A stretch of DNA of 64,000 nt from NCBI GenBank assembly GCA_045837725.1, contig JBEWZL010000118.1, positions 1 through 64,000 on the forward strand. Direction: 5' to 3'. The position numbers were made by a program, and so were the translations under genes. This DNA comes from Vermamoeba vermiformis (Eukaryota). Of the stretch, positions 12,387 through 24,384 are shown in pieces. Numbering within the stretch: position 1 is the stretch's first letter; each line of letters opens with the position of its first letter. The notes beneath the pieces are model-generated. The model ran no database searches. It was not told the DNA's origin and worked only from the letters and a program-made list of their open reading frames with translations.

Positions 12387-15300
12387 ATGTTTTTACCGCA
12401 CATCGAGGCTCTGGGGTTGATCAAACCCTCACCAGGTGCGTTTAAAAATTAAAATTGGTCCGTGGATAAAATCTAACTCATATTTTATCGTGCAGAGTCG
12501 TTTATTTTGAAGAAGTTCTCGCTGCAAGTGAAAAAGAATATAACATCTGAAGTTACTCGATTTTTACAGCAAGAGGGAATTCAAAATCAAAATGATTTAT
12601 TTTCAACTCCAGGTAATATTGCTGATATAACATTTTTATTCCAACTTTTAATTCATTCAACTTTTTCGTCGGCCGAAAAAATCTTTTAGACAGATCGATT
12701 ATTTTCACGATAAATAAGTGCTTGTATGACAATTATCAATCGAATAATGTTATTGATGGAATATTTACGATTATGCTCCGTAACGAATCAAATAATTTAA
12801 TTATTGGATCGGAATAAAATTTAATCGGAGGTTTATTGACGATAATTTTATTAAAACAGCTCATGTACGGTGGATTTTAGAAAGTGTTGGACCTGCATTT
12901 TCTTTACCGCTCGAGGACGAAACAATTATTGATGCCGCTGTAGATTTGTATAGACAATGGCTCTTATCGCCTCCAAATATGCGTCCGCATGGTATCAAAG
13001 AAGATGAGCAATATTTCTTTAAGGTATACGAGATTAAGAAGCTTTTTGTGCATTTATTTCGCTCAACGTCCGCCAGTGGATGCGAAAAACAATTTTAGAT
13101 CTTTAATTTTGAAGCCAATTATTTATTGTGAAAATATGATATCATCAACGTACTAATCACTACTGATGTAGGAAATGTTTCTGCACATGTCTTTATTATT
13201 CGCTCCAAAAGAAGCAGCAACGCCCGAAAAATTAGCTGTTCATGTAAGTTTCAAATACAATAATGGCCTATAGGATTTTATGCGCACTTTTTATTCCAAC
13301 TTATTGAAGCTATTTTTACCTCACCATTTGTTTACTGAGCGTATTAAATTTAACCATGATTTGCCTTTTATGGCAAGTGCACGATGAATAGTTGCAATAT
13401 TTGATTTTGTAACTCGCTAACCATTCTACGTAGATTCGACTTTGCCGCGCAGTGCTTACAGTGTATTTAACATTGGCACATAAACTTGGACCATCTTTGG
13501 CTGAAAGTACTTGGGAGGTACGTGCTAATTAACGCATTCTTTTAATTTATATTTGGCATCGTTAATAATCGTTATAATGCAATTTACAAATGATTTTAAG
13601 CGAGCAGAATAATTAGAGAGCAAATTATTTTTGTTTTTTGAAAGCTCGTAAGAGGTCAGGTTTTAATCGATTTTTCTCCAAGGCATGGTTGAAGACACTG
13701 ATGGCAGTAGTCGATTGTATATATCAACGAGGCCCTAAAGACCAACTGCACATCGAATTGTTTCCCGTCGCCAATCAGGTCTTGCACGAGACCTGGTTAT
13801 TGTCACGCACGACCAACAATGCCTTGTGGACTTCGTTCGGAGATTTAGCGCGCACGTGGTTGAATTCTTCCGCTGTGCTGCAGTGGTGCGCGACTTCTTT
13901 CGGCTTGACACGTGCTCAGTTGTACAGGCTTTACGGACCTGAATGGGGCACACCTAATGTTAGCTTGGAAGTAGCTCTGTAAGTAACACGACGTTATAGT
14001 TTTATTTGCTATTGACGTATTTAACGAAAAATTACGCTAGTGATGAAAAAACTACAGCGAAGACAACGATCGAACTTGACACGGAGACAATTTACTATTT
14101 TTGGTATAGAATGATTAGTATCCTTAACTTACCGATAAGAAGCAACCCAATGTACTATATTAATAACCCATTTTTATCCTTAACTGACGCACCAGATATC
14201 ATTGGAAACCTCCACACAACGTTGCGAGATCCCGAGTTGTATCGACTGGCGTACAACGGATTGAACAAGATGGTTGACGCGTACCTTGAAGCATGCAAGA
14301 ACCCGCCACCTAATGTACGTACATACGATTAGATTAATGTTAATCAAGGTACAATGCTTAATTTATGCCTTAGAAAACACCTCCTTCGGGCAACACTTTG
14401 ATCCAGTTACTTGGCAAGTGGCTGTTTGACGCAGTGTTAGAAGATAGACCTGGGTAAGTGTACATGCATATTATTTTGTTGTGTCAGAAAATCAAACCTA
14501 TCGATAAACGAATCGGATGCAATTCATGAATTTTATTTTGACCTTTTTTTATTAGATTCGAAGAAGGTACTTCGCTTGCAGTATCCTCCTTGTGCAAGAT
14601 TTTCTGCTTCAGTCTCGATAGAAGATTCAGTCCGACTTACCTCTCCTTGTTCTGCTTTTCACTGAACAAAATATTGCAAAAAGACATCTCCGACAAAGTT
14701 CTCATCTCTGCTCTCGTTAATACACGTCAGTTATTCACACAACAACTTGAAGGCATTAACGTGCTCATTCCTGCGTTTTTGTATGCATTTTCGAGAGTTT
14801 GGGTACGTGCTACTTTACAGATCTGAAACGTTGTCACGTCGATACTAATAGTCTATTCATTTGCATAGACCAAGACAGGCCCTGAAGCCAACGTCCGTGG
14901 CGCGTGCATTGACATTATGTCGACCATTATTGGCATGTCCACGCACTACAAAGAGACCAAGTTGTGCAGTTTGAGTTTGCTGTACGAAATTACGTACGTC
15001 AAAGAAGAAGGCAATACCTTGCCTGCTCCTCCACATGATGTGCTTACATATGCTCAAGTAAGTATTCAACCGAAATAACTTGCTTCTAGCGTACTACGAA
15101 TCCAGATGCATTTTTCCATTCCGGCCCGCAAGCACCTTTCTGACCTTTATTTTAGATTGATGCCCATCTGAGAATGCTACTATTACGTGGTCTATCATTC
15201 GAAGAATCCTCTCGTAATTTGCAAAAGATTTTGTGGTGCATCCAGATTTTGGTGGTCGATCTTACGCTCAAGCAAACCATTTCATACGGGCGTTTGGTAC

Positions 15301-18300
15301 GCACAGACAAAGTAATATATTTATTTGCAGTACATTTAAGCTAACCAGACTCAGATATCATCCGATGATGAAAAGTTTGTCAAGTACGTCGTTACACGCA
15401 TTTTGAACAGCATTACTAGCGGCACATGGAGCGCTGATGTCATTCAAACGTCGTACCAAGTGTTGAGCTGCTTGACTCCTGTTTATCCATGCTTAGACGA
15501 GAAGAATAAGGTGAGATTAAGACCGGTTCAGATCCGAATCTATATCGCACTTCTCTAATCTGTGACTTTAATAGCTTGCTAGATTGATCATTGAAACACT
15601 GTCCAATCACGTGATCAAGTCAGTTGACAACAGAGTCACGTGCGTAACTCAAGCGCAACGAGAAGATAACGAGCGTATTATTGTCGGAGCTTATCAGTCG
15701 ATTGCTGATTGGCTCGTGACAGCTGATTGGCCCAAGAAGAAAGGGTACGAATAACTTCCTAATTTGGTAATTTCAGAACTAACATGTTCACACCAGAGTG
15801 CCTAAAAAGTTGGCCGAGTTGCTCGCCAAAACCATCACCGCCGGCTTAACAGTTAGCAAAGTAACCATTCGCACAAGAGTATAGTAGTCACATACATTTA
15901 CTATAGCGTTAATCTTTTACTAGGACCCTTCACCATTAAAACAAAACACTCCAACAGATCCAACGGAAGTCGATTCGCCTCGAAAGCTGTCGTCTTCTGA
16001 TAAGATTAAAGACGCTGCTGAATGCGTGTTGACAGTTTTGACACGTGTCATGGGCTCGTACCCGTCATTCGTTGGCCCTCAAAACATGTCCAGTGTCATC
16101 TCCGAGGAAGATATTTACAAGCAGATCACTCAAGAGTACGCTAAGAAACAAGTATGTTATTGCCGTATGGTAATCTATCCATGACTAACGACCACGTGAT
16201 TTTCAGACCTCAAAGGTGTCTGCTAAGCAGTTCAATCGTATTTTCTTGTTGGACGACAGCATTATTTTGAGTGCTTTTGATTTGCCGTCTGCAACTGGAG
16301 ACGAAGCCAAAGTCGTTTTGATTGTGCGTGACAAGAGCGGTCGTTACAGTTGGACAGCTGAGTTGAAGTATTTCGACAAGTTCAGACCTAAGAACAAAGG
16401 TGCCACGACTCCCGTGCCCACCGCAAACAATCCCAACAATCCACCTGGCTCACCGACACCTTCAGTGTTAGACCCTGCCGAGAGCATGGTTACGAGCACT
16501 GGTGCTGAGCCAGCTGAACTCGCTGACGCTGGATTCGATGATTGCGTTGATGCAGGTGACCCTGTTATCCCCGTTGAAGACGACTCTATCAACATCTTGC
16601 CTATTGATTTGCAATCGTAAGTTTCAATAGTAAGCATGGCAAAGTAAACTAACGCAAGCATCTATAGTAAAATTGTGCAAGGAGATTTCACGGAGATTCT
16701 TAGTTTTATTGAAAAGAAGCGCGGCGAACAAAAGTTGAGCGAGCAGATCTTGCAAGAGACTGCTACTCAAGTAGAAACTGAACGCGAGTACTTGAAGAAG
16801 AATCAGTATGGGTACGTCGGGCACTAACATCATACAATATATGTTACTTATTCTCTGTTAGTATGAACCACCATGTTACCTTCCAAGTGCCCAAGAAGCG
16901 CGACATTTACGCTGGTGACTGCAAGTTCCAACACGCTCGTATTTTCTTAAATCATTTGGGTTTATTATCTCCAAGCAATGTTGGACGATTATCAGTGCTC
17001 GATGTTAATAACACTGCATTCATGGCTGACTTGAAGATGCTCGATCAAGTTTCTGAGTAAGTCTCAAAACTGGATCCGTTGACTTGAGAACCTTATTCTA
17101 ACCACTATATGTTTTTTATAGGCGAGATTCACTTCAAATTGGTGTTGTTTACGTCAGCAAGGGTCAGACTACTGCTGAGACCGTTTATTCGAACACATCC
17201 GCTACACGCGATTACGCTGACTTCTTGGCATCGCTTGGCTGGTTGGTATGTAGTTTATTTTTCTGATTTATATGATTATATGCTAAATTTAAATAGGTGG
17301 ACCTCTCCAAGCACACTGGCTTCAAGGGCGAGTTTGCAACTGAGCCTGTTGCCTCGCAAGCTAACTTTAGCAACAAAGCTATTTATTACGCGAGCTACTC
17401 TACGGAGCTTCTTTTTGCAGTGTCTACACTACTGACCAGTGAGTAGAACGGATCTAAGTACTAAATCTGGTTGCTGATCTCTTCGTTACTTTTTTAGCGG
17501 ATCCAAGTGTGAAGCCTAAAGAAGGCGAATCGTGGGTTGATATGAACCACGAGCTTAGAAAGAAGATCATTGGCCATTCTAATGTAATGGTTGTTTGGAT
17601 CGATGACTTTGACGATTACAGACCCAAACAATTGGTAAGAACAATATTAATTCTCCTTTTGCTTGGATTAGGCGCTTAGCGCTTATTTATAATGCTTTAC
17701 GTTTAGCAAACGATTGGTGTTCCCAGTTTGCTCAGATCTCACACACCGCCACCAACACAAAAAGAAGTTTTGACCCCGAAAGAAGTTCGCATCAGCGCTG
17801 TTGTTGAAGGCGCAAGCCCGCCAGCTGCTCGCGGTGACGTATCTTCTTCTTCTGAAGATAAAGTGCGTAGTCCTCTCGTTAAGAAGGCCCAAGATGGCGT
17901 CGAGACCACCAAAAAGATCTCGCTATCTGACGACAAGGTGCGTTATTTTGAACAGACATGTGATACTTTAGATAGTACCCGAGGGCTAATATATTTATAC
18001 TATAATATAGTTGACGGATCGAAGACGCAAGCACGGATCTATTGGTCGTGGCACGCCAACCAAGATTGTTGCTAGCACCAAGACTGTGACTCCAATCATC
18101 ACTCGAGCTTCAGCGAACCAGACTGGTGTTCATATTATCATCCAGCCTTTGCAATCTGGTCTTTATAGACTGCGAACTTTGCGTGATGGCCGCGTAAGTT
18201 TTATCAACTTTATTTTTTTACCGCGTGTATTCTGATTCGGTCACATCTAGCCTGTTATGATTGGCCCTATTCTCGACAACATGATTGTCGGCAAGCACCT

Positions 18301-18797
18301 CTTGGCAGACCTTGTTCGTCGCACAGCAATCTTTGCGAATAGATTGATCCGTAGCAAGCCAGATAACCCTTGGATCTCACCACTCGCAGCACGTCAAATC
18401 GCATTGCACCAATTGGCGTCAAAGTACAAGCGAGAGATGACCTTAGAGGAGTTCTACACCTCATTATTTATTAAGAACGGCACTGGGTATGTGTTTAAAT
18501 GAACGTCCTTTAGTGCCCTATTTGGCTAACCGTAGTTTCTTATTGCAGACTACGCCCTTCACGCTCTCAAACACGCGTCAAAGAATCGACTTTGAAGTCA
18601 AAATCTGAGCTTGAAATGCTCCAAAATGATGATAACGTGTTCTCGGATGATGAAGGTAAGTTGATTAGTTGTAAGTGCATCCGAGAGCGGATCTGACTCG
18701 TTTATTTGTAGACGCCCCGAGCAGTCCTCGTACTAAGAAAGAAAAGAAAGAGCGAAAGGAAAAAGAGAAGAAAGAAAAAGAAAAAGAAAAGAAGTAG
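12387..18797 (+). CDS. RALGAPB: Ral GTPase-activating protein beta subunit-like (C-terminal Rap/Ran-GAP-like domain)
   Basis: N-terminal AHVRWILESVGPAFSLPLEDETIIDAAVDLYRQWLL; PPSGNTLIQLLGKWLFDA; VLIVRDKSGRYSW; GAP-like region with KIGVVYV, FLASLGW, RKKIIGHSNVMVVW (Asn-thumb position is His); GPILDNMIVGKHLL; many introns. Confidence 0.8.
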
Positions 18798-19071
18798 ATC
18801 CGGCGTACGTCGTTCATTTTCAAAACGTTTTATTGTACAGTGTAGAAGTTTCATTATTATAAATTAATTGTCACTCACAATTCTAAACATCTTAATATAC
18901 TTATTTGAGGAAGTCCATGCAGTTTTTCGGTCATGGCTAGCAAATCGGCCATTCAATTTTGAAATAACTTTATTTTGTTCCTGATAAATGCCGCAGTCGA
19001 TATTTTTGGTGAGTGATGGAGTTAGGCAAAGCTATGCGTTTGTTGGAATCGTGTAATGAAAAACCCAAACA

Positions 19072-20169
19072 TCAGTCGTGTTTGATCCACTTCAAATTCT
19101 CCCAACAATGTTCCTCAATTGCGTCTTCCAAATCACGAGGATAATAAGCTGCATTATTGTCCGCTAATAATTTCATTATATCGTAGTTCTTCGAAAGAAC
19201 TGCTGAAACGACGCACAATCTACCAACTTCTGCATCGCACTTAAATCCATATTTGAACATTTTTTTAGCTGTTCTAAGATCATTGTTTGATACTGCTTGT
19301 GTTAGGATCGTAAATAAATCAAGTTCGTCTCGTTGATCTTGCCGCAGATCCGTCATAATTACTTTGAGCGTTTTATAATCTTTTCGTTCCTGAATAATCT
19401 CTACTATATTTCTTTCATAATATTCTAAATTTGAGTAATGACCTTCTTCGATTAATTTCTTTAAAAACGCAGCATGGCCGTTTTCTAAGGCCCAAACTGT
19501 CATTTTCTGTTTCGGATCATCATCATCTCTTAGTCGCCTCCTTTCAGTGGCTGTCATTAATTAATTAATATATGCTCACGATATTATACTACAACAACGA
19601 TTGAATAACCAAAAAAAATTGGTTCGAGATCGCACGCGTTGAGACCGATCTAAAACAGCAACAAAGTAATTGTGCACTTACCTCGCATTTTCTTTACTTC
19701 TGCCGTGCATGTATCATATTTTTCCTTCCACGTCAATTGCGCAAATTCGTCTTCGTCTCGATCGGGATCTTCCAAAATTGTATCATAGGAAAACGCTGAA
19801 TGTCCGCCATATTCTTTCCTATATCTATACTCATAATCGCGACCTTGCTTCTTAACGATATTTAACCATTTTGAACAGACTAGACTTGCTGCGGGCAGAT
19901 CTTTCCATAATAATAAATCAATTATGGCCTCAATTAATTCTGGTAATTGCATTGCAACATCCACACTAAATATTAATGAGAATAAATAAATAGTACGAGG
20001 AGATCAAGCTTGAAAATCAGATTGGTAGCCGTCTGGTCCCATTTTAAAAAATACTGCATATTATTCACATAATTATTATTAATACCTTGCATTACGTTGC
20101 GAATCTATAGCTTGTTTCTTTTCTGGTGACCACAAATCTGGATCTCCAACGCGTTTCCGTTTTGGGCAT
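19072..20169 (-). CDS. F-box plus ankyrin-like repeat protein with N-terminal basic NLS-like segment
   Basis: MPKRKRV...; F-box QLPELIEAIIDLLLWKDLPAASLVCSKW; ankyrin-like WALENGHAAFLKKLIE and SAVLSKNYDIMKLLADNNA. Confidence 0.7.
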
Positions 20170-20374
20170 TATTAAGAAATAATAGTGTTCTGGATGCAAG
20201 TACGATATTGATAAGGTACAGGCAGACGTGTGCTATTAGATTCTACACAAAAAATTTTTTATTGCAAAATACAGAGAAAAGCATTATTTAATTAAAATGT
20301 GACTGTTGAATCACCGATATCGGGTGAATAGAAACGCTCTGATTCTTCAGTTTTGAAATTAAAGAAACTTCGTT

Positions 20375-20829
20375 TGTAGTGCACTATTAATTCATCTGGC
20401 ACGTGAAACTCAGTATGTTGAATATTTACTTTGAGTAGCCGGTTGGGGTTTTTCGGCTAAGTTAGTAGGATTTTCGGAGTTGGTGAATGATTCGTTGATC
20501 TGCTAATGTAGTAGAGTGTAGTCATGGATCTCGCAAATTCTACGGGCAATACCATACCAAAACGCAAACTTTCCGTAGAGGCCCTATGGCGCTCTTTGGC
20601 GCTGTGCAGATCCACGCGAATCAGATCTGGCGGGTCGCTTTTTCGCGATTGAAGAGCAGGCTGTATGCGTTTGATGGCGAAATCTCGTTCAAGCTTATTG
20701 TTCGTCCCCGTTCATTCAATTGTACCATGTGTAACAACGCTGTTTTATCCAGATCGAAGCTCAAATCGTTCGAAAGCGCTGTTTACTGCTGCCGTTTGCG
20801 GGAATCGAGGCTCTTTGCCGTGCACTGTG
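20375..20829 (+). ncRNA. Candidate ~455-nt multi-branched, pseudoknotted RNA, class unknown
   Basis: Terminal helix 20375-84/20820-29; hairpins 20437-58, 20462-20506, 20539-79, 20585-20606, 20633-50, 20654-20703; long-range stems 20525-31/20608-14 and 20624-30/20749-55; G-U pairs consistently on +. Confidence 0.6.
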
Positions 20830-20940
20830 TATTCTAATGTTTATTCTTCTGCCTAATGATTTAATTGGCGCTCTTAAAATACGCTGACCAGCTTTGCTAC
20901 AAAAATAGACGGAGTCCGGCATTATTATCGCTCACTAGAA

Positions 20941-23390
20941 ATGGCCAGCATATTAGATACCCCTCAAGAAATATTTTATTTAATTGCTCAATACGATCTC
21001 GATTTGTTGGACCTCAGAGTGTTGCTTTGGAGCTGTAAAACACTAAATCGGCGTGTGGGAGAAGATCTGCCGTTACAAAAATTATTTCTCGATAATACAC
21101 CGTAAGAACGATATTATTACATTGCTATTGCACGTTGTAGCAGCTTCATTCGAATTTTGAAACAAATTTAATTTTAAGATCGGGCTTGGATGTAAAGTAC
21201 TCGGCGCTACACGACGATCATTATATTGAGAATCATTAAATATATATTAAATACAAAATTAATTAAATAAGGCGTCGTTACAATAACTGACTTCCTCAAT
21301 CCAGCGTTATGCTACGCGGAGAAAGCGGTTCTGTACGACGCAAGTTCATCGAAGAAAAAACTGCAGTAAGTACCAGTTATAGAATAGAATATTATTTGTA
21401 TTCACGATTCCTTGTCAGTACGGTATACGGTGCAACGATCCGGATGGGGTGCTAATGAGCTTTCCGAAATTAACGCCAAAAGAGATCCTGAAGGTGTTGA
21501 AAGTCGCTAACAACAAAATAACGCGCGAATTAAATCGGCAAATCATTGTCGATGACATTCTCAAGGCAGACGCTGATAAAGTGCTTGATTTTATTGTTAA
21601 GGTACCAAGATCTCGGTTGTAATTTCTTGCTTAATGATATTGATATTAATATACAGAGTTTGATCGAGAACGCTAAACCTGAAGAAAAGAATTCTTCGAT
21701 TATCGAACTTTTGTCGCTTTTTTTTGGATCTTTCCTTCCTGATGTTTCAAAGCTGACAAAAGACGGATCTGACGCTCATATTAACGCAATTATGACGAAA
21801 AAAATTATGCTTGTCTTACTGAAGTATATGCATGAGCACCAAAGCATCATTCTGGCGAGTATCATAACTGCATCCGCTACCCCTGTGTCGTGGTCAAATT
21901 CAGTAAGCCGAAAAAATACCGGCATAACATAATATATGATTATTATAATATCTTTCTAGAATCTTGCGCCGTTGGATGTGTTGGCAGCGTTGTTTAAGCT
22001 TTTCCCGACTTATCCGCAATTTAAATTCGATCTCAACGCGCCAATCGGCAGCGACAATCATCGTTCATTTGTCCCTGGCTATTTAGTAAGTTGTGCTCAT
22101 TAAATTTTTATTGTTCGGTTGAAGTTGGTAGATCCGGATCTACGACATTACAGCTTCACATGCAATATTCTAATCGGTCTATTTTTCATATAAGATTCAC
22201 CCACTTGAGTTTTGTGTGGCTATCAATGCTTCTGATGCATTCACCTTCTTGATGAAGAACGGATCCAACCTCGACAAAGAGGGACCGTACTTGCCTTTAG
22301 CATTATATAATTATCGATCGAACACAACACATCTCGTTCAAGAAATTGTTGCGTACAAATGCGGTAAGCATTGTATTGTTTAAAATCAAATGAAATTGAC
22401 GTGTTTTACAAGACATCAACAAACCTTTACCTGGGTACCTTCAATACGTCCAGGCAACAACCATCTTAGGCTGGACGTTAGATTCATTTAAGGATGCTAG
22501 ATCCCGTGTGGATCATTGGTAAGCATCTCATTTAAGCTAATGTTCAATATGAATTATTTAAATTGATGTTTAGGTTCATCGAGTACTTGTTGAACAACGG
22601 TGCGAAGTTGTCGAAAGAAGAGGAAGAAAAGTTTTTGAAAATAGAACTGAAGCGCTGGTCCTATAAAGCAGCGCATATAGCAAAACAACCCACTGGGTAC
22701 AGTACAGCGTCTCGTCGAGTGTAAGATCCACAATTTTTTAGTAGGACCAAATCTCAGGCGTTTACCTAATTAGGAAAATTGACTTCGGCACTCGCACTAG
22801 CGTCAGATTCCAAGATCCTCATCAAGGATATACTTTGCTCTTAAACAGTACTGGCGAGTTCGAGTGTGTCTTATGTACGTACTTCTTTCTTCCTAAAAAG
22901 GAAATAATAGCCATTTCAGACTTTGTTTAAAATTTAAATATACAAACTAATGCTATTTGGAAGCTGGCACGTACACGGGCAATTGGATCCCGGGCAATCA
23001 AAAGGGCACGATTGTTTGTAAATCAGCGAAGAGGCGACAATTTATCAGCTGGGGCAGCTATGGCTATGGTGGTAGGGAAGAAGTTGTTAATGACGAATGT
23101 ATATTCAACTTTTACGTGGTTTTGTAAGGACAGTTGATCGAAATTTACTCAGTTGTTACGCGAATTAATATTCTATTTTAGGATGTACGATGATACGATT
23201 GCTGTTATGCTCGAATGCGTTCCACAAGGTTCATTCACTAATTATAAGGATTTGTGGAGAGCTTATTAGTAAATCTGTGACTCTCGAAATAGCCAACTTT
23301 TCAAAGGCTCAATCGATCACCCTACAATTAGTAGTGCATTTAATTATAGCACCTACAGCACCGGAGACTTAGTTGCCAAGCATCCACGTT
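20941..23390 (+). CDS. F-box plus ankyrin-like repeat protein with beta-rich C-terminus (3' end approximate)
   Basis: MASILDTPQEIFYLIAQYDLDLLDLRVLLWSCKTL (F-box); ankyrin-like HPLEFCVAINASDAFTFLMKNGSNL and FIEYLLNNGAKL; many GT-AG introns. Confidence 0.65.
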
Positions 23391-23534
23391 ACAGTTTGAC
23401 AGTCACATAACTCCTGATACTAACGGATGTACACTTAAAGTTGGATCCAACACTTATGATCCAACAGCCCGCAATCATTTGACCCACGATGATTCCATAG
23501 TTTTTTTTGAATCGTTGTGATCACTGCACCTCAT

Positions 23535-23677
23535 AGTAGTTATGATAATAGATGACTACTGTAACAGTGCACTATTAGGATTGCGTGATGCAGCCTAACA
23601 TTGGAATTCCGCATGATTTCCGCATGAAACAACATACATTCGGCTAGGTGCTGTCTTGAGGTCGCCCTGTTACAACT
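23535..23677 (+). ncRNA. Candidate structured RNA, class unknown
   Basis: Stems AGTAGTTAT 23535-43/ATGACTACT 23552-60 and TGTAACAG 23560-67/CTGTTACA 23667-74; inner TTAGG..CCTAA hairpin; shares motifs with the 7.7 kb and 20.4 kb elements. Confidence 0.4.
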
Positions 23678-23798
23678 ACGACCACGTGTCATGAAAATTT
23701 GACGTGTAATGTCACGTAGAAAAAAACCGGTTTTTTCTTGACGCCAAATATAACGTGGAAATTGATAGTTTGATCAAAGCGCAGCAACACGACTCGAT

Positions 23799-24218
23799 AT
23801 GGCAGAGGTAGTGCATCATAATCATTTTAAATTTGAATTCGTTTCTAACGTGCGAGATTAGATCACCCTCAAAATTGAAACCGGCTACTCCGGCGGTGCC
23901 CCTCCTAACAGAAGATATAGAGCGCTGAAACACTATGAAGTGAAGGTAATCAAGTCAACTCAAGCTTAAACGAACGAATTTAAGAACCACAGAATAATTT
24001 CGGAATTTAAAAGATCCATAATTTTAGTTTCTTATCTCTCTAAACAGATATCGCCTGACGCAACTATGAAAGAATTAAAGGACCTTATTAAAAAAATCGC
24101 CAATGAAGCTCAGGTCGACTATTCTCCCGAGTTTCGAGGTTCGCTAACCAAATCCGTGGCACAAGCTGGCTTAGTTAACGGAAGCGTGCTGCAATTTCAA
24201 AATGGAATGAGAGATTAA
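23799..24218 (+). CDS. Small stand-alone ubiquitin-like (beta-grasp) protein without C-terminal GG; absent from ORF track
   Basis: Three exons splice to MAEITLKIETGYSGGAPPNRRYRALKHYEVKISPDATMKELKDLIKKIANEAQVDYSPEFRGSLTKSVAQAGLVNGSVLQFQNGMRD; ISPDATMKELKDLI and KSVAQAGLVNGSVLQF follow Ubl patterns. Confidence 0.65.
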
Positions 24219-24384
24219 TCACCACCTTGTATTATTTATCACCCTTAAATCAAAATAAACCTTCGGTGAATTTCGTTGGGACACGAAGATTTTTCGCGGT
24301 ACTTGCAGGTCCCATCGATCAAATAACAAAAAAAAAAGTTAAAATGCTCGATACTACAAAACGACATCAGATCTGGCACCACAA

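Noticed and set aside
20441-20453. GGTTGGGGTTTTT, whose complement resembles a ciliate telomerase template (AACCCCAA)
   Set aside because: The template would be on -, while the G-U pairs indicate a + strand RNA, and the organism does not look like a ciliate
20586-20856. ORF-track entries 20586-20837 and 20665-20856
   Set aside because: No recognisable protein features; better explained by the GC-richer structured RNA candidate
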